A stretch of DNA of 64,000 nucleotides from a virus, in the IMG/VR virus record IMGVR_UViG_3300033149_002311, positions 1 to 64,000 of that record. One strand, written 5' to 3'. How positions within the stretch are numbered: the first letter of the stretch is position 1; the number at the start of each line of letters is the position of its first letter. Made by a program: the position numbers and the translations under genes. A model generated the notes under the pieces. The model was not told the DNA's origin. It ran no database searches and was given only the letters and a program-made list of their open reading frames with translations. Of this stretch, positions 43,934-54,191 are shown one piece after another.

Positions 43934-45349
43934 ATGAAAGCTTACGCCATCTACGGGCCACCGTGACCGGGTACCGGGAAAACTACTGAATTAATTAGAA
44001 TTCAGAGGGATATCATAAAACAGGGTCGAAACCCGAAGCATATAGCTTTTTTATCACATACCAAAACGGCTGCTGCAGAAATAGTTGGTAGAGCCCCAGA
44101 AGGTGAGAGGGCGGGTCATGCATCTACAATACATAGTATGGTATATAGATTATGTGGTATCAGCAATGGCCAAGTAATTGACATCGATAAATTAAAGGAA
44201 TTCAGTAAGTTGGTTCACGTTCCTATTGTAGGCCGAGGACCAGAGGTAGAAGAGGTTGAAATTGGTGACGAATTTTTAGCAATTTATGATCTTTCTAGGG
44301 CTAAAATCGAGAGTCCGGAAGTAACATATGCAAATTCCCATAGGCCGGGGTCATTCGCTTTATTTACTAAATTCCACACAGCATATGAGGAATGGAAAAA
44401 GACGTACGGATATGTCGATTTTACCGACATGCTTCAAAAGTATATAGATAAGCCGATCAATCACAATATTGCTATTTTCATAATTGATGAGGCTCAAGAC
44501 TTGTCACCCCTGCAATGGAAAGTTATCGATGAAATGGCCAAATGGGCCTATCATATTATTATTTCAGGTGATGATGACCAAGCGGTATTCTATTGGGGTG
44601 GTGCCGATCCACAAGGGATGGTTAAATTTGAAAAGAAATATAAGGCCAAGCGGAAAATACTGGCGCAATCATGGCGCATACCGTTAGTGGTCCATAATTT
44701 GGCAAATAAAATAATTAATCCCATTAAAAATCGTGTTGAAAAAGAATACAAACCACGTGATGAAGAGGGTAAATTATTTAGACATTCTACATTTATGACG
44801 GTTCCGTTGGAAGGTAACATTCTAATTTTATTTAGAAATCACTCCATTAGAAAGGATATGGAAGAAATCATTATCGACCACGCACTCCCATATAAAGTTA
44901 GATCAGGCATGCCGGGGTTGCTTCAAAATCGATATGCCAATGCTATACGAAAATGGAAAAAATTGATGGATGAAGGGTCATTAACTGATAAAGATGCCTC
45001 AGCAATAAGGAGGTGTGCCTACCCACACACTGCTCAATATTTAGCTGATAAAAATTTTACTAAATTATCAACGATGACATGGCAAAAAGCACTAAAGATA
45101 CCGCATTGGATGTTAGACTATTACAATAAGATTGATTTTGATATAGAGCCGAAAATTGAATTATCAAGTATACACGGTGCTAAGGGCCATGAATCAGACG
45201 TGGTGGTGGTGAATACAGGTATGACACAACGAACCGTGGAATCAGCAGTAAAAGACCCGGATTCTGAAGCTAGGGTCTGGTATGTAGCGGTGACTAGAGC
45301 TAAACACGAATTACATATTGTAGAAGGGGAGAGTGGGTATTTATTATGA
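43934..45349 (+). CDS. UvrD/Rep-like SF1 helicase with an in-frame TGA inside Walker A
   Basis: GGAGG RBS and ATG 43934; reads YGPP*PGTGKTT, FLSHTKTAAAE, STIHS, IDEAQD, GDDDQ, QSWR, HGAKGHE, YVAVTRAK in one frame. Confidence 0.85.
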
Positions 45350-46239
45350 AACAATATCTTGAATTATGTAAAAAAACGATGGAAAATGGTATTAGAAAAA
45401 CTAATCGTACCGGTATTGACCACATTGGTTACACTGGTGATATGATGAAATTCGATCTATCTAAAGGATTCCCGGCGGTAACCACCAAGAAGCTGGCCTT
45501 CAAATCTGTAGTGGCCGAAATGCTGGGATTCTTGCGCGGGTACGATAATGCTGCTGACTTTCGAGCCCTTGGTTGCAAGGTATGGGATATGAATGCCAAC
45601 GAAAATCAGCAGTGGTTAAACAATGAAAACCGAAAAGGTGAGGACGATCTTGGCCGTATTTATGGCGTACAGGGCAGACGATATAAGAAAATTAATGTTT
45701 TCAAGGACACTAAAGTATTTCCATCGGGTGGCGTGACTACTGTCGAGACTCAGGAAATTGATCAGTTGCGTATGGTGTATGACGACCTACGGCAAGGTAT
45801 CGACAACCGTCGCGAAATTGTTACCCACTGGAATCCGGGAGAAATGGATATGATGGCCCTACCTCCTTGCCACATGTTCTACCAGTTCGGCATTCATGGT
45901 GACAAGCTTAACCTGTCCATGTATCAGCGTAGCTGTGATGTACCCCTTGGCATACCCTTCAACATTGCCGGTTATACGTGGCTGTTGAGCGTGATGGCGC
46001 GGATCACTGGACATGTTCCGGGTGAATTTACTCACTTCATGCACGACATTCACATCTATGAAAACCAGATGGATGATATGCATATTCAGATTGCGCGCGA
46101 GCCGTTCAGATTGCCACGGATGCATATGAACCCCAATATCAAGACGTTGGAGGATTTAGAGACGTGGACCACACCCGATGATTTTCGTTTATTGAATTAC
46201 CAGCATCATGAGCATATTAAGTATGCATTTGCAGTATAA
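45346..46239 (+). CDS. thyA: Thymidylate synthase
   Basis: TTKKL, MALPPCH, YQRSCDVPLGIPFN and HIYEN. Confidence 0.95.
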   Translation: MKQYLELCKKTMENGIRKTNRTGIDHIGYTGDMMKFDLSKGFPAVTTKKLAFKSVVAEMLGFLRGYDNAADFRALGCKVWDMNANENQQWLNNENRKGEDDLGRIYGVQGRRYKKINVFKDTKVFPSGGVTTVETQEIDQLRMVYDDLRQGIDNRREIVTHWNPGEMDMMALPPCHMFYQFGIHGDKLNLSMYQRSCDVPLGIPFNIAGYTWLLSVMARITGHVPGEFTHFMHDIHIYENQMDDMHIQIAREPFRLPRMHMNPNIKTLEDLETWTTPDDFRLLNYQHHEHIKYAFAV

Positions 46240-46755
46240 ATGGTGGAACAATCAAAACTAGAATCGAAAATTGAATCAAGTGTAAATATTGCGAGTGGAT
46301 TTTTAATTTCATTAGCAGTTTGGGCATTGATCATTAGACCTTTGATTAGGTATGGATATTTAACGATTGATGATAAAGTAATTATTGTTTCAATCTTTAC
46401 TGTCACGTCATGGTTGCGCTCATATTTTTGGAGAAGATTTTTTGCTAGAGGATTTCACAAAGTAATACATAAATTTTTAAAAAAGTGGGTGAGGTTAAAT
46501 TGATAACACTGATCATCACAATTTTGATAATTATTGCAATATTTTTTGCCCAACGATTAGACCCTTTTATAGCTGGCTTAATGGCCGTTGTACCAATAAA
46601 AATAATAGCTACTGCCTTATTTACCTCTAAGCATGGGGGAGAAGAACATTTAGTAATAGCTATAAAAGGGATGTTGATTGGTCAGTTTGTTTGGGGTTTT
46701 ATTTTACTTATAACATATATATATATAATTAATAATCTATTAGGAGGGAAATAAA

Positions 46756-47022
46756 ATGGGATATGATAATACAAATTCTGGATCATTATTCAAGAATGAC
46801 AAGCGGGAAAAAGAAACACACCCAACACACACAGGCACTATCGATATTGAAGGTAAAGAATATTGGCTTTCTGCTTGGGTAATGGAAGTAAAAAACAAGG
46901 ATAGTAAAATATTCGGGCAGAAATTCTTTTCACTGAGGGTTAAGCCAAAAGAAGCTGGTGGCGGCACACCCAGTAGCCCAATAAATAATGATTTCGACCC
47001 ATCGGAAGATATACCATTTTAA
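46756..47022 (+). CDS. DUF736-like small OB-fold protein
   Basis: YDNTNSGSLFKND...YWLSAW...FFSL...DIPF tail. Confidence 0.7.
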   Translation: MGYDNTNSGSLFKNDKREKETHPTHTGTIDIEGKEYWLSAWVMEVKNKDSKIFGQKFFSLRVKPKEAGGGTPSSPINNDFDPSEDIPF

Positions 47023-47048
47023 TATTTAGAATGTAAGGAGTTAGAGAA

Positions 47049-47386
47049 ATGGATATAGAAGATATCGCAAAAGTAGCTCATGAAGTTAATCGCGCTTATT
47101 GTATCTCAATCGGTGATAATAGTCAACAATCTTGGGAATGTTCACCGGAATGGCAGAAAAAAGTGCTATAAATGGTGTAGAATTTCATTTAAAGAACCCA
47201 GATGCCACACCAGAAGGTAGCCATAATAGTTGGCTGGAAGAAAAAATTAAGGATGGGTGGGTGCATGGTGAGGTAAAAGATCCCAATGCTAAAACACACC
47301 CGTGTATTAGGATATATGATAAACTACCCCAGGAACAACGGTCCAAGGATTATATATTTTCTTGCATAGTTAAGGAACTAAAATAA
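47049..47386 (+). pseudogene. RyR-domain phage protein with a -1 frameshift at an A6 run (47157-47162)
   Basis: MDIEDIAKVAHEVNRAYC...PEWQKK continues in the -1 frame as SAINGV...SHNSWLEEKIKDGW...KTHPC. Confidence 0.75.
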
Positions 47387-48069
47387 TGAATTTAAACGAA
47401 GATATTGTCATTATCGATACCGAGACTACTGGCGTTGACAGTGAAAAAGATAAAGTAATTGAAATCGCCGCTATTCGGGTATCATCCGACTGGGAAATTA
47501 TTGATACTTTTGAACAATTAATAAACCCCGAAATGGACATCCCACCAGAAGCAAGTGCGGTGCACCATTTAACTGCGCGTGATGTGGTCGGTAAGCCAAC
47601 GATGTCCGATGTATACCGAGACTTAGTGATATTCATCGGAAGCACTACTTTAGTAGCTCATAATGCTGAATTTGATTCAGGAATGTTACCTAAATTAGAT
47701 AATGATTGGTTGTGTACGTTGCGACTATCCCGACATTTATGGCCAGAGCAATCACATAAGATGCAATCACTCCGATATTGGTTAGGTTTAATTGATATTG
47801 ATCTAAAAGGTTTAGCACCGCATCGAGCGCTTGCTGACATCTTAGTTACCTTAGAAGTGTTTAAAATGATGGTTAAAAGTTGTGATGGTAAAACAGTTGG
47901 CGAAATGATCGAGTTTGCCAACAGTCCGATCGATGTTAAAATTATGCCATTTGGTAAACATCGCGGTGAGCCGTTAGTTGCTGTGCCACAGGGTTATAAA
48001 TCATGGGCTTTAAAGAATATTGGTGATATGGACCCCGATTTAAGGACATCAATAGAGAAATCAATGTAG
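47386..48069 (+). CDS. DEDDh 3'-5' exonuclease (exodeoxyribonuclease X-like)
   Basis: IDTETTG, VAHNAEFD, HRALAD and C-terminal MPFGKHRG. Confidence 0.9.
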   Translation: MNLNEDIVIIDTETTGVDSEKDKVIEIAAIRVSSDWEIIDTFEQLINPEMDIPPEASAVHHLTARDVVGKPTMSDVYRDLVIFIGSTTLVAHNAEFDSGMLPKLDNDWLCTLRLSRHLWPEQSHKMQSLRYWLGLIDIDLKGLAPHRALADILVTLEVFKMMVKSCDGKTVGEMIEFANSPIDVKIMPFGKHRGEPLVAVPQGYKSWALKNIGDMDPDLRTSIEKSM

Positions 48070-48085
48070 AAACTTAAAGACTATA

Positions 48086-48114
48086 TTGACTAGATAGTGG
48101 GCATGTGATATAAT
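48086..48114 (+). promoter_or_regulatory. sigma70-type promoter of the DNA polymerase gene
   Basis: TTGACT-17-TATAAT. Confidence 0.8.
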
Positions 48115-48123
48115 GGGGATACA

Positions 48124-49956
48124 ATGAATTTTCCTAATTTAAGTAATTATCCTTGTATCTCTCTGGACACAGAGACAACTGGATTAAAATTTTGGGTAGA
48201 TAAAGTGTTCGGTATATCAATATCAACACCTGATGGTAAAGATTATTATTGGGATATAAGACAGACACCGAAAGTTATACCGTGGTTAAATAATGAATTA
48301 AAAAGAGTAAAATTAATAATATTCGCTAATGCTAAATTTGATATGCACATGCTCCGGGAAATTGGGGTCCATGTGCCGGAAGATAAAGTTGATGATGTTA
48401 TAATCAGAGCAGCTTTAATTGATGAGCATTTATTGGCATATAATCTGGATTATCTCGGTAAAAAGTATCTTGGTGTGGGTAAAACCGAAGAAATATGGGA
48501 TGATCTAGCTAGGATGTTTGGTGGTAGGGCCACCCGGAACGTGCAAGCAGAAAATTTGCAACGAGCACCGGTAGAATTAGTAAGTAAATATGCCAAACAA
48601 GACACGCGTGTGACATTAGATCTATGGGTATACCAACAACCGATCATTGAAGAACAAGAATTAGTAAAAGTTCATAAATTAGAGTGTGATTTAATACCGG
48701 CACTCCTTGATATGGAATACCGAGGAGTTAGAATTAACGTTGATAAAGTTGAGCAGACAATCGATGAAGTTACTATATTGATTGATGACCAACAGAAAGA
48801 TTTAAACAAGACGGCTGGGTTTATGGTTAATCCCAACCCCAGTGGTAGCATTCACAAATTATTTGAACCAAAACAAGATAGTGAGGGCACTTGGATAGCT
48901 AATGATGGAACTAGGTTAGTAAAAACCGGAGCAGGGAAAGCGTCAATTAATGCCGACGCGTTGAGAGCAATGAAACACCCCGCCGCCTCTAAGATTTTAT
49001 CGTTACGTAAATTGCTTAAGACCCGAGACACATTCCTTAAGGGCCATATTTTAGGCCATCATCACAATGGCATCATTCATTGTAATTACAATCAGACAAA
49101 AAGCGATAATGACCTAGGAACAGGAACAGGCCGTTTAAGTGTAAATAGCCCAGCTCTCCAGCAAATTCATAAAAGAGACAAAGCAATTGCCAGTATTGTC
49201 CGGGCTCTGTTTTTGCCGGATGAAGGACAGCAATGGAATTGTCGCGATTGGTCACAGATGGATTTTCGGGTTGCCGGTCATTATGTTAACGCCGAAGCAT
49301 TGAATATAGCGTATGCTAATGATCCCGATGCCGATTTTCACCAAATGATTGCTGATATGACTGGTATACCCAGATCACCAGAGGGAGGTAATCCTCTAAA
49401 CGCCAAGCAAATAAACTTAGGATTACTATTTGGCATGGGCAGCGGTAAACTAGCTGCCGAGATGGGACTACCATATACCCTTGCATCATTTGAAAAAAAT
49501 GGTAAAAAGCACACCTATTTAAAGCCCGGACCCGAAGCCATGGAAATATTCGATAATTATCACGGTAAATTCCCGGAATTTAAGACTATGTTAGGTAAGG
49601 CATCTAGTATAGCAAAATCTCGCGGTTATGTAAAAACTATCATGGGCAGGCGTTTAAGATTTCCCGGTGGAAATTTTACACATAAAGCGGGAGGTGTTAT
49701 ATTTCAAGGATCAGCTGCAGATGCTTTAAAATTGAAAATAATTGAGATATATAATTTTTTAAAAGGAACTGAGGGTAGATTGCTGCTAAACGTGCATGAT
49801 GAGATGGACTGTAGTGTACCTAAAGATGATGTAAAATTAGATGCGGGGATTAAAGAGATAATGGAGACGTTTGATTCTAATTCCCTGATACACTTCAGGG
49901 TCCCGATTCGATCTGACAGCGGAATCGGTCCCGACTGGTGGCAAGCTAGCAAATGA
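48124..49956 (+). CDS. dpoZ: Family A DNA polymerase, DpoZ-like
   Basis: Exonuclease DTETTG; TGRLS, DWSQMDFR, AKQINLGLLFG, KAGGVIFQGSAAD, VHDE; near purZ. Confidence 0.85.
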   Translation: MNFPNLSNYPCISLDTETTGLKFWVDKVFGISISTPDGKDYYWDIRQTPKVIPWLNNELKRVKLIIFANAKFDMHMLREIGVHVPEDKVDDVIIRAALIDEHLLAYNLDYLGKKYLGVGKTEEIWDDLARMFGGRATRNVQAENLQRAPVELVSKYAKQDTRVTLDLWVYQQPIIEEQELVKVHKLECDLIPALLDMEYRGVRINVDKVEQTIDEVTILIDDQQKDLNKTAGFMVNPNPSGSIHKLFEPKQDSEGTWIANDGTRLVKTGAGKASINADALRAMKHPAASKILSLRKLLKTRDTFLKGHILGHHHNGIIHCNYNQTKSDNDLGTGTGRLSVNSPALQQIHKRDKAIASIVRALFLPDEGQQWNCRDWSQMDFRVAGHYVNAEALNIAYANDPDADFHQMIADMTGIPRSPEGGNPLNAKQINLGLLFGMGSGKLAAEMGLPYTLASFEKNGKKHTYLKPGPEAMEIFDNYHGKFPEFKTMLGKASSIAKSRGYVKTIMGRRLRFPGGNFTHKAGGVIFQGSAADALKLKIIEIYNFLKGTEGRLLLNVHDEMDCSVPKDDVKLDAGIKEIMETFDSNSLIHFRVPIRSDSGIGPDWWQASK

Positions 49957-50396
49957 CAACTCGATCAGAGGCTAAAGAGGCGGGATCAAAAAGATATCAT
50001 GGTTGTCCGTGCATCAGGTGTAATAAAACCGAAAAATATACATCTAACGGAGGGTGTATAATTTGTAAGGCGGCTAGAAGAATAAAATACCACAGCGAGA
50101 ACAAAGCGAAGGAAAAAATTCGTAGAAGAAAATATTATCAAGCCAATAAAAGAACTGAAATAGCTAACCGATCGGCATATGGTAGACGTAGAATTGAAAG
50201 ACAAGCCACACCACCATGGGCCAGTAAGAAGATTATGATAAAATTATATAGAGAGGGACATCTATCGGGTATGCATGTTGATCATATCATACCTTTAACT
50301 AATAATATGGTGTGTGGTTTACATTGGGAAGAAAACATGCAATTATTAACCCCGGAAGCGAATATAGCCAAGGGTAATAAATTTATAGAGGATTAG
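49953..50396 (+). CDS. HNH endonuclease
   Basis: HVDHIIPL...VCGLH..N...N..KGN. Confidence 0.85.
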   Translation: MTTRSEAKEAGSKRYHGCPCIRCNKTEKYTSNGGCIICKAARRIKYHSENKAKEKIRRRKYYQANKRTEIANRSAYGRRRIERQATPPWASKKIMIKLYREGHLSGMHVDHIIPLTNNMVCGLHWEENMQLLTPEANIAKGNKFIED

Positions 50397-50758
50397 TAAA
50401 TGAGTCATGAGGATTGGCTGAAAGATAAAGGTGAAATCTATTTGGATTATACTTTCGATGAGATTAAGCGAAAATGGAATGGTAGGATTATAGCATATAA
50501 AGGCCATGTTATATTATATGAAACTGAAGGACATAATGATGAAGAGTGTGTTAAAGATGCTCTAAAACTGATATTTGATGAAATCAACGAGGAATTAAGT
50601 GATGGCGGAGAAATTGAAAACCTGTCGTGTTTGCAAAGATGATTTCGAGGTGAAAACTGGATTCTACCCATCCAGAGCTAAAAGGTATGATTGGATTTGC
50701 AAAGGCTGCTCCGGAATTAAACAAAAAGATTGGCGTAAAAATAAAAAGGGGGTTGGTG

Positions 50759-50965
50759 ATGAAAGTGTGCCCGTTCTGCCAAAGTAAAGATTTAATAATG
50801 CTCAATGTTCCGTTCAGTGAGAAACGTTATGTTAAATGTAATAAATGCGGGGGTAGCGGCCCTATAGCACTTGATAAAGCAATGGCTGAGAAAAAGTGGG
50901 ATTACCGACCAATACCACAGAGAATAGAAATGGGTATACTTAAAGGGGAAAGTGACAATGGATAA
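50759..50965 (+). CDS. Lar-like zinc-ribbon protein
   Basis: KVCPFC...VKCNKCGGSGP...A...W. Confidence 0.6.
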   Translation: MKVCPFCQSKDLIMLNVPFSEKRYVKCNKCGGSGPIALDKAMAEKKWDYRPIPQRIEMGILKGESDNG

Positions 50966-52001
50966 AAGAGTAACATTAATTTGCGATCTACAATTTGGGT
51001 CGACTGGTAAGGGCTTAATTGCAGGCTATATTGCTGAACGTGATGCACCTGACACCATCGTTACAGCGTGGGGAAGCAACTCAGGTCACACATATATTGA
51101 TGGTAATGGTCGAAAATTCGTGCACACTATGTTAGGTAATGGTATCGTATCTCCATGCTTAAACAAAGTTATGATCGGCCCCGGTTCGTTGATCAACCCA
51201 GACAACTTGATTAAAGAAATCGGTCAGTGTGAAGACGTAATTGCTGGTGCTGATATCATGATCCATCCGCATGCTGCAGTGATTACCGATAAACATGTCG
51301 ATATCGAAAATAACACAATGACCGGGATTGGTAGTACTAAAAAAGGCGTCGGGGCAGCATTAATTCAAAAGATACAACGAGACCCAAAGGATATGAATAC
51401 GGCGGTGAAAATGCTTGACAATTCACCCTTGGGTCAATTCGTGGTATCATCAGAGCAATATAATGCCGCATTAGATTCATCACACAACATCTTAATAGAG
51501 GGGGCACAAGGGTTTTCATTGGGAATTAATAGCGGTTTCTATCCTTATGTTACCAGTCGAGAATGTACCCCCGCTCAGATTGCTACAGATTCCGGTGTTC
51601 CCATCGGTTGGTTAACAAATATCATTGGTTGTATGCGTACTTTCCCGATCCGAGTTGCTAATCGATATGATGAAGACGGGAAACAAATCGGTTGGAGCGG
51701 GCCACATTATTCTGATCAAAAGGAAATTACATTTGAAAGTATCGGGGTAGAGCCTGAATTAACAACCGTTACGCAACTCCCACGGCGTGTATTCACTTTT
51801 TCAAAGAAACAGACCAAGGAAGCAATGCGAATGTGCCGCCCTACTGAAATATTCGTAAATTTCATGAACTACATAGACGATCCCGACAGTAGGGAAGAAC
51901 TAATTCGAGACATTAATGGCCAATGTAGAAAACAAGGTGGTAATGGCGTCGTATATCTAGGTTATGGGCCAACAGTTAACGATATAAGGGAGCAAAAATA
52001 A
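50952..52001 (+). CDS. purZ: PurZ, N6-succino-2-amino-dAMP synthase
   Basis: PurA fold with DLQFGSTGKG (Ser in place of the PurA GDEGKG Asp), IGSTKKG, EGAQG, RTFPIRVA and TTVTQLPRRV. Confidence 0.93.
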   Translation: MTMDKRVTLICDLQFGSTGKGLIAGYIAERDAPDTIVTAWGSNSGHTYIDGNGRKFVHTMLGNGIVSPCLNKVMIGPGSLINPDNLIKEIGQCEDVIAGADIMIHPHAAVITDKHVDIENNTMTGIGSTKKGVGAALIQKIQRDPKDMNTAVKMLDNSPLGQFVVSSEQYNAALDSSHNILIEGAQGFSLGINSGFYPYVTSRECTPAQIATDSGVPIGWLTNIIGCMRTFPIRVANRYDEDGKQIGWSGPHYSDQKEITFESIGVEPELTTVTQLPRRVFTFSKKQTKEAMRMCRPTEIFVNFMNYIDDPDSREELIRDINGQCRKQGGNGVVYLGYGPTVNDIREQK

Positions 52002-52336
52002 TGGTAACTAAAAAGCAAGGATTAAAGTTTGATGAGGGCAAGCCCCGTTATGATTTAATTCCATATGACGCTATTGATGAAGTTACCCAAATCTTAACCA
52101 TGGGTTCTGAAAAGTATGGTGATCGTAATTGGGAGCTGGGTATTAATGCTGGCCGTTTATTCCGTGCCGGTGTGGGCCATTTAATTGCTTGGTGGCGTAA
52201 AAAGGGTCCTGATGAAGAAAGTAATAGATCACACTTGGCCCATGCCGCTTGTTGTGTTTTAATGTTGCTCGCCCAAGAATTACGTAAAATGGATAAATTT
52301 GATGATCGACCGGAAGGCGGTAAATATGGATCATAA
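52001..52336 (+). CDS. dATP/dGTP diphosphohydrolase-domain protein (DUF5664)
   Basis: GLKFDEGKPRYDLIP...GSEKYGDRNWE...HLAHAACC. Confidence 0.85.
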   Translation: MVTKKQGLKFDEGKPRYDLIPYDAIDEVTQILTMGSEKYGDRNWELGINAGRLFRAGVGHLIAWWRKKGPDEESNRSHLAHAACCVLMLLAQELRKMDKFDDRPEGGKYGS

Positions 52337-52664
52337 AATATTGGCGGAGGGTGATATTGGTATGTTACAGGAGCAAATTGCTTCTTGGGCCAATGAAATA
52401 TTCCCTGATCGAACGGTATTTAACGCAACGACAAAACTAATTCTAGAGGAGATACCTGAATGGTTACGAGACCAAAGTGATCCCCATGAATATGCTGATT
52501 TGGTAATCTTAATCTTAGATATAGCTTACCTTAAAGGCATTGATGTAAAAAAGGCGGTGTTAGAAAAGATGGAAATTAACCGCCAACGAAAGTGGGAAAG
52601 AAACCCGGAAACCGGATTTATGAACCACATTAAACCAAAGAAAGAGGAGCAAGAAAATGAGTGA
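52326..52664 (+). CDS. mazZ: MazZ-like (DUF550) (d)GTP pyrophosphohydrolase
   Basis: WANEIFP, EEIPE, EYADLVILILD, KMEINRQRKW; next to purZ. Confidence 0.8.
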   Translation: MDHKILAEGDIGMLQEQIASWANEIFPDRTVFNATTKLILEEIPEWLRDQSDPHEYADLVILILDIAYLKGIDVKKAVLEKMEINRQRKWERNPETGFMNHIKPKKEEQENE

Positions 52665-52860
52665 TAATAAGCAGAAAAAAGCAGATCTTCGATCTGTGAT
52701 TAAAGAAGCGAATGCAATAGTCAAAGAACTGAAGGCCGAAGCAACGGCCAAACGTAAAGTTGCAGCGGCTGCTAATAAGGAACTTAAGGTAGCTATGAAG
52801 GCCGTTGACAAGGCAGTGAAGACCAAAGAGAGTCTAGCTGGTCGTTTAGCAAAGTTGTAA
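52657..52860 (+). CDS. Small Lys/Ala-rich basic protein
   Basis: Composition; followed by the GC hairpin at 52867-52886. Confidence 0.7.
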   Translation: MSDNKQKKADLRSVIKEANAIVKELKAEATAKRKVAAAANKELKVAMKAVDKAVKTKESLAGRLAKL

Positions 52861-53133
52861 AGTTGCGGGGCCGGGAGACCGGCCCCAATATTAAGGGGGG
52901 TTTGAAATGGCTGGATCATTAAATCATATCGTAAACGACGATGGCACTTTCACCATGGATTTTATTGAGAATCTTGGTGACGCCCACGAAGCATTGGAAG
53001 AATGTTACCAGCTTATATACATATTAGCTGACGGGAATACTGAAAAGGTATCTAAAGCCTGTAATCTTATAGGAGTAGTCAATCCTTGGGAGATAGAATT
53101 TCCAGATGAACAACCAAAAGCACCAATGAAAAT

Positions 53134-53631
53134 ATGACACACACAGAGTTAACACTGAGAGCAGAGAAATGGTTAAAGAGCCAAGGATGTGGTATAGTGT
53201 TTCGTGATGAATTTAAGGCAAATACACATAATGGGGAGCAACCAGACGGAATTGGCTGGCGTGACGGGCTATCTATATTAATCGAATGTAAAACATCCCG
53301 TTCAGATTTTCTCGCAGACAAGAATAAAAAATTTAGGCGGAAGGCTGATACTGGGATGGGTGACTGGCGATTTTATATGTGCCCACCAGACGTTATTAAA
53401 ATTGATGATCTTCCCACTGGCTGGGGTCTGCTTTATATATTACCAAAGCAAATAAAAAAGATACATGGTGTCCCTAGTAATTGCCATTGGTGGAACAAAA
53501 AACCATTTGAAGGAAACAAAAGATGTGAAACACAGATGATGTACTCAGCACTAAGGAGAATAGTGGTTCGAGGCCACTTTGACTTGATTTATGAGAAACT
53601 TGGCCAGCGACCATGTGATGTGCCTGATTAG
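53134..53631 (+). CDS. PD-(D/E)XK nuclease-like protein (MmcB-like)
   Basis: EQPDGIGW...LIECKTSRSDFLAD. Confidence 0.65.
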   Translation: MTHTELTLRAEKWLKSQGCGIVFRDEFKANTHNGEQPDGIGWRDGLSILIECKTSRSDFLADKNKKFRRKADTGMGDWRFYMCPPDVIKIDDLPTGWGLLYILPKQIKKIHGVPSNCHWWNKKPFEGNKRCETQMMYSALRRIVVRGHFDLIYEKLGQRPCDVPD

Positions 53632-54191
53632 GTATGGGGGTGTATGATGGATGAAAGAATGGTTGAAGAAACACGCAGCGGGTCGCTAACAAAAGCAGGT
53701 AAGGAACATATTGACTCCAATGATTTGTTGTGTGCGGAATTACCAACCCCAGATTGGATGATAGTTTTTGATGATGCTGATATGAAACCAGAAGTATTCA
53801 CCGATCACTTTGCCGCCCAAAAACGATTTAAAGCGCTAGCTAATAATTGGAGCTGCCATCTATTTCAACGGGTTGAGAGTACATAATAGTTTTAGATGAT
53901 GCTGATTTCTTATTATAAATAGAATTTGTGATATTAAGGGGAATAGAGAATGTCTAGATCGATGAAATCACCTAGAGAGAAGTATATGAATGATCCCGAA
54001 TATCATCATTTGGTCCACACTCTTGAGGGTATGATTGAGTCTGCGCGATTTACACCATCTGAATTAAGGGAGGCTTGCGTGTTAGCAAGTATAAATTATG
54101 AAATGCGACATATCAGAGAGCATCACATTGAACCTAGGGTTGAGGATGCTTTACATACATTAGACAGATGGGCTGATGGGAGGGGGCGTTA

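Noticed and set aside
43964-43966. Genome-wide TGA reassignment or selenocysteine
   Set aside because: TGA is the normal stop for many genes here (ATGA overlaps), and decoding it would add two residues to Walker A.
45346-46239. dUMP/dCMP hydroxymethylase for pyrimidine modification
   Set aside because: The motifs, including PFN, match canonical ThyA, and no companion modification genes were recognised.
50952-52001. Ordinary adenylosuccinate synthetase PurA
   Set aside because: It has GSTGKG instead of GDEGKG, is shorter, and sits with mazZ, datZ and dpoZ-like neighbours.
129-53746. Minus-strand ORFs in the track across the early region
   Set aside because: They are shadows of well-supported + strand genes, with no RBSs or motifs.
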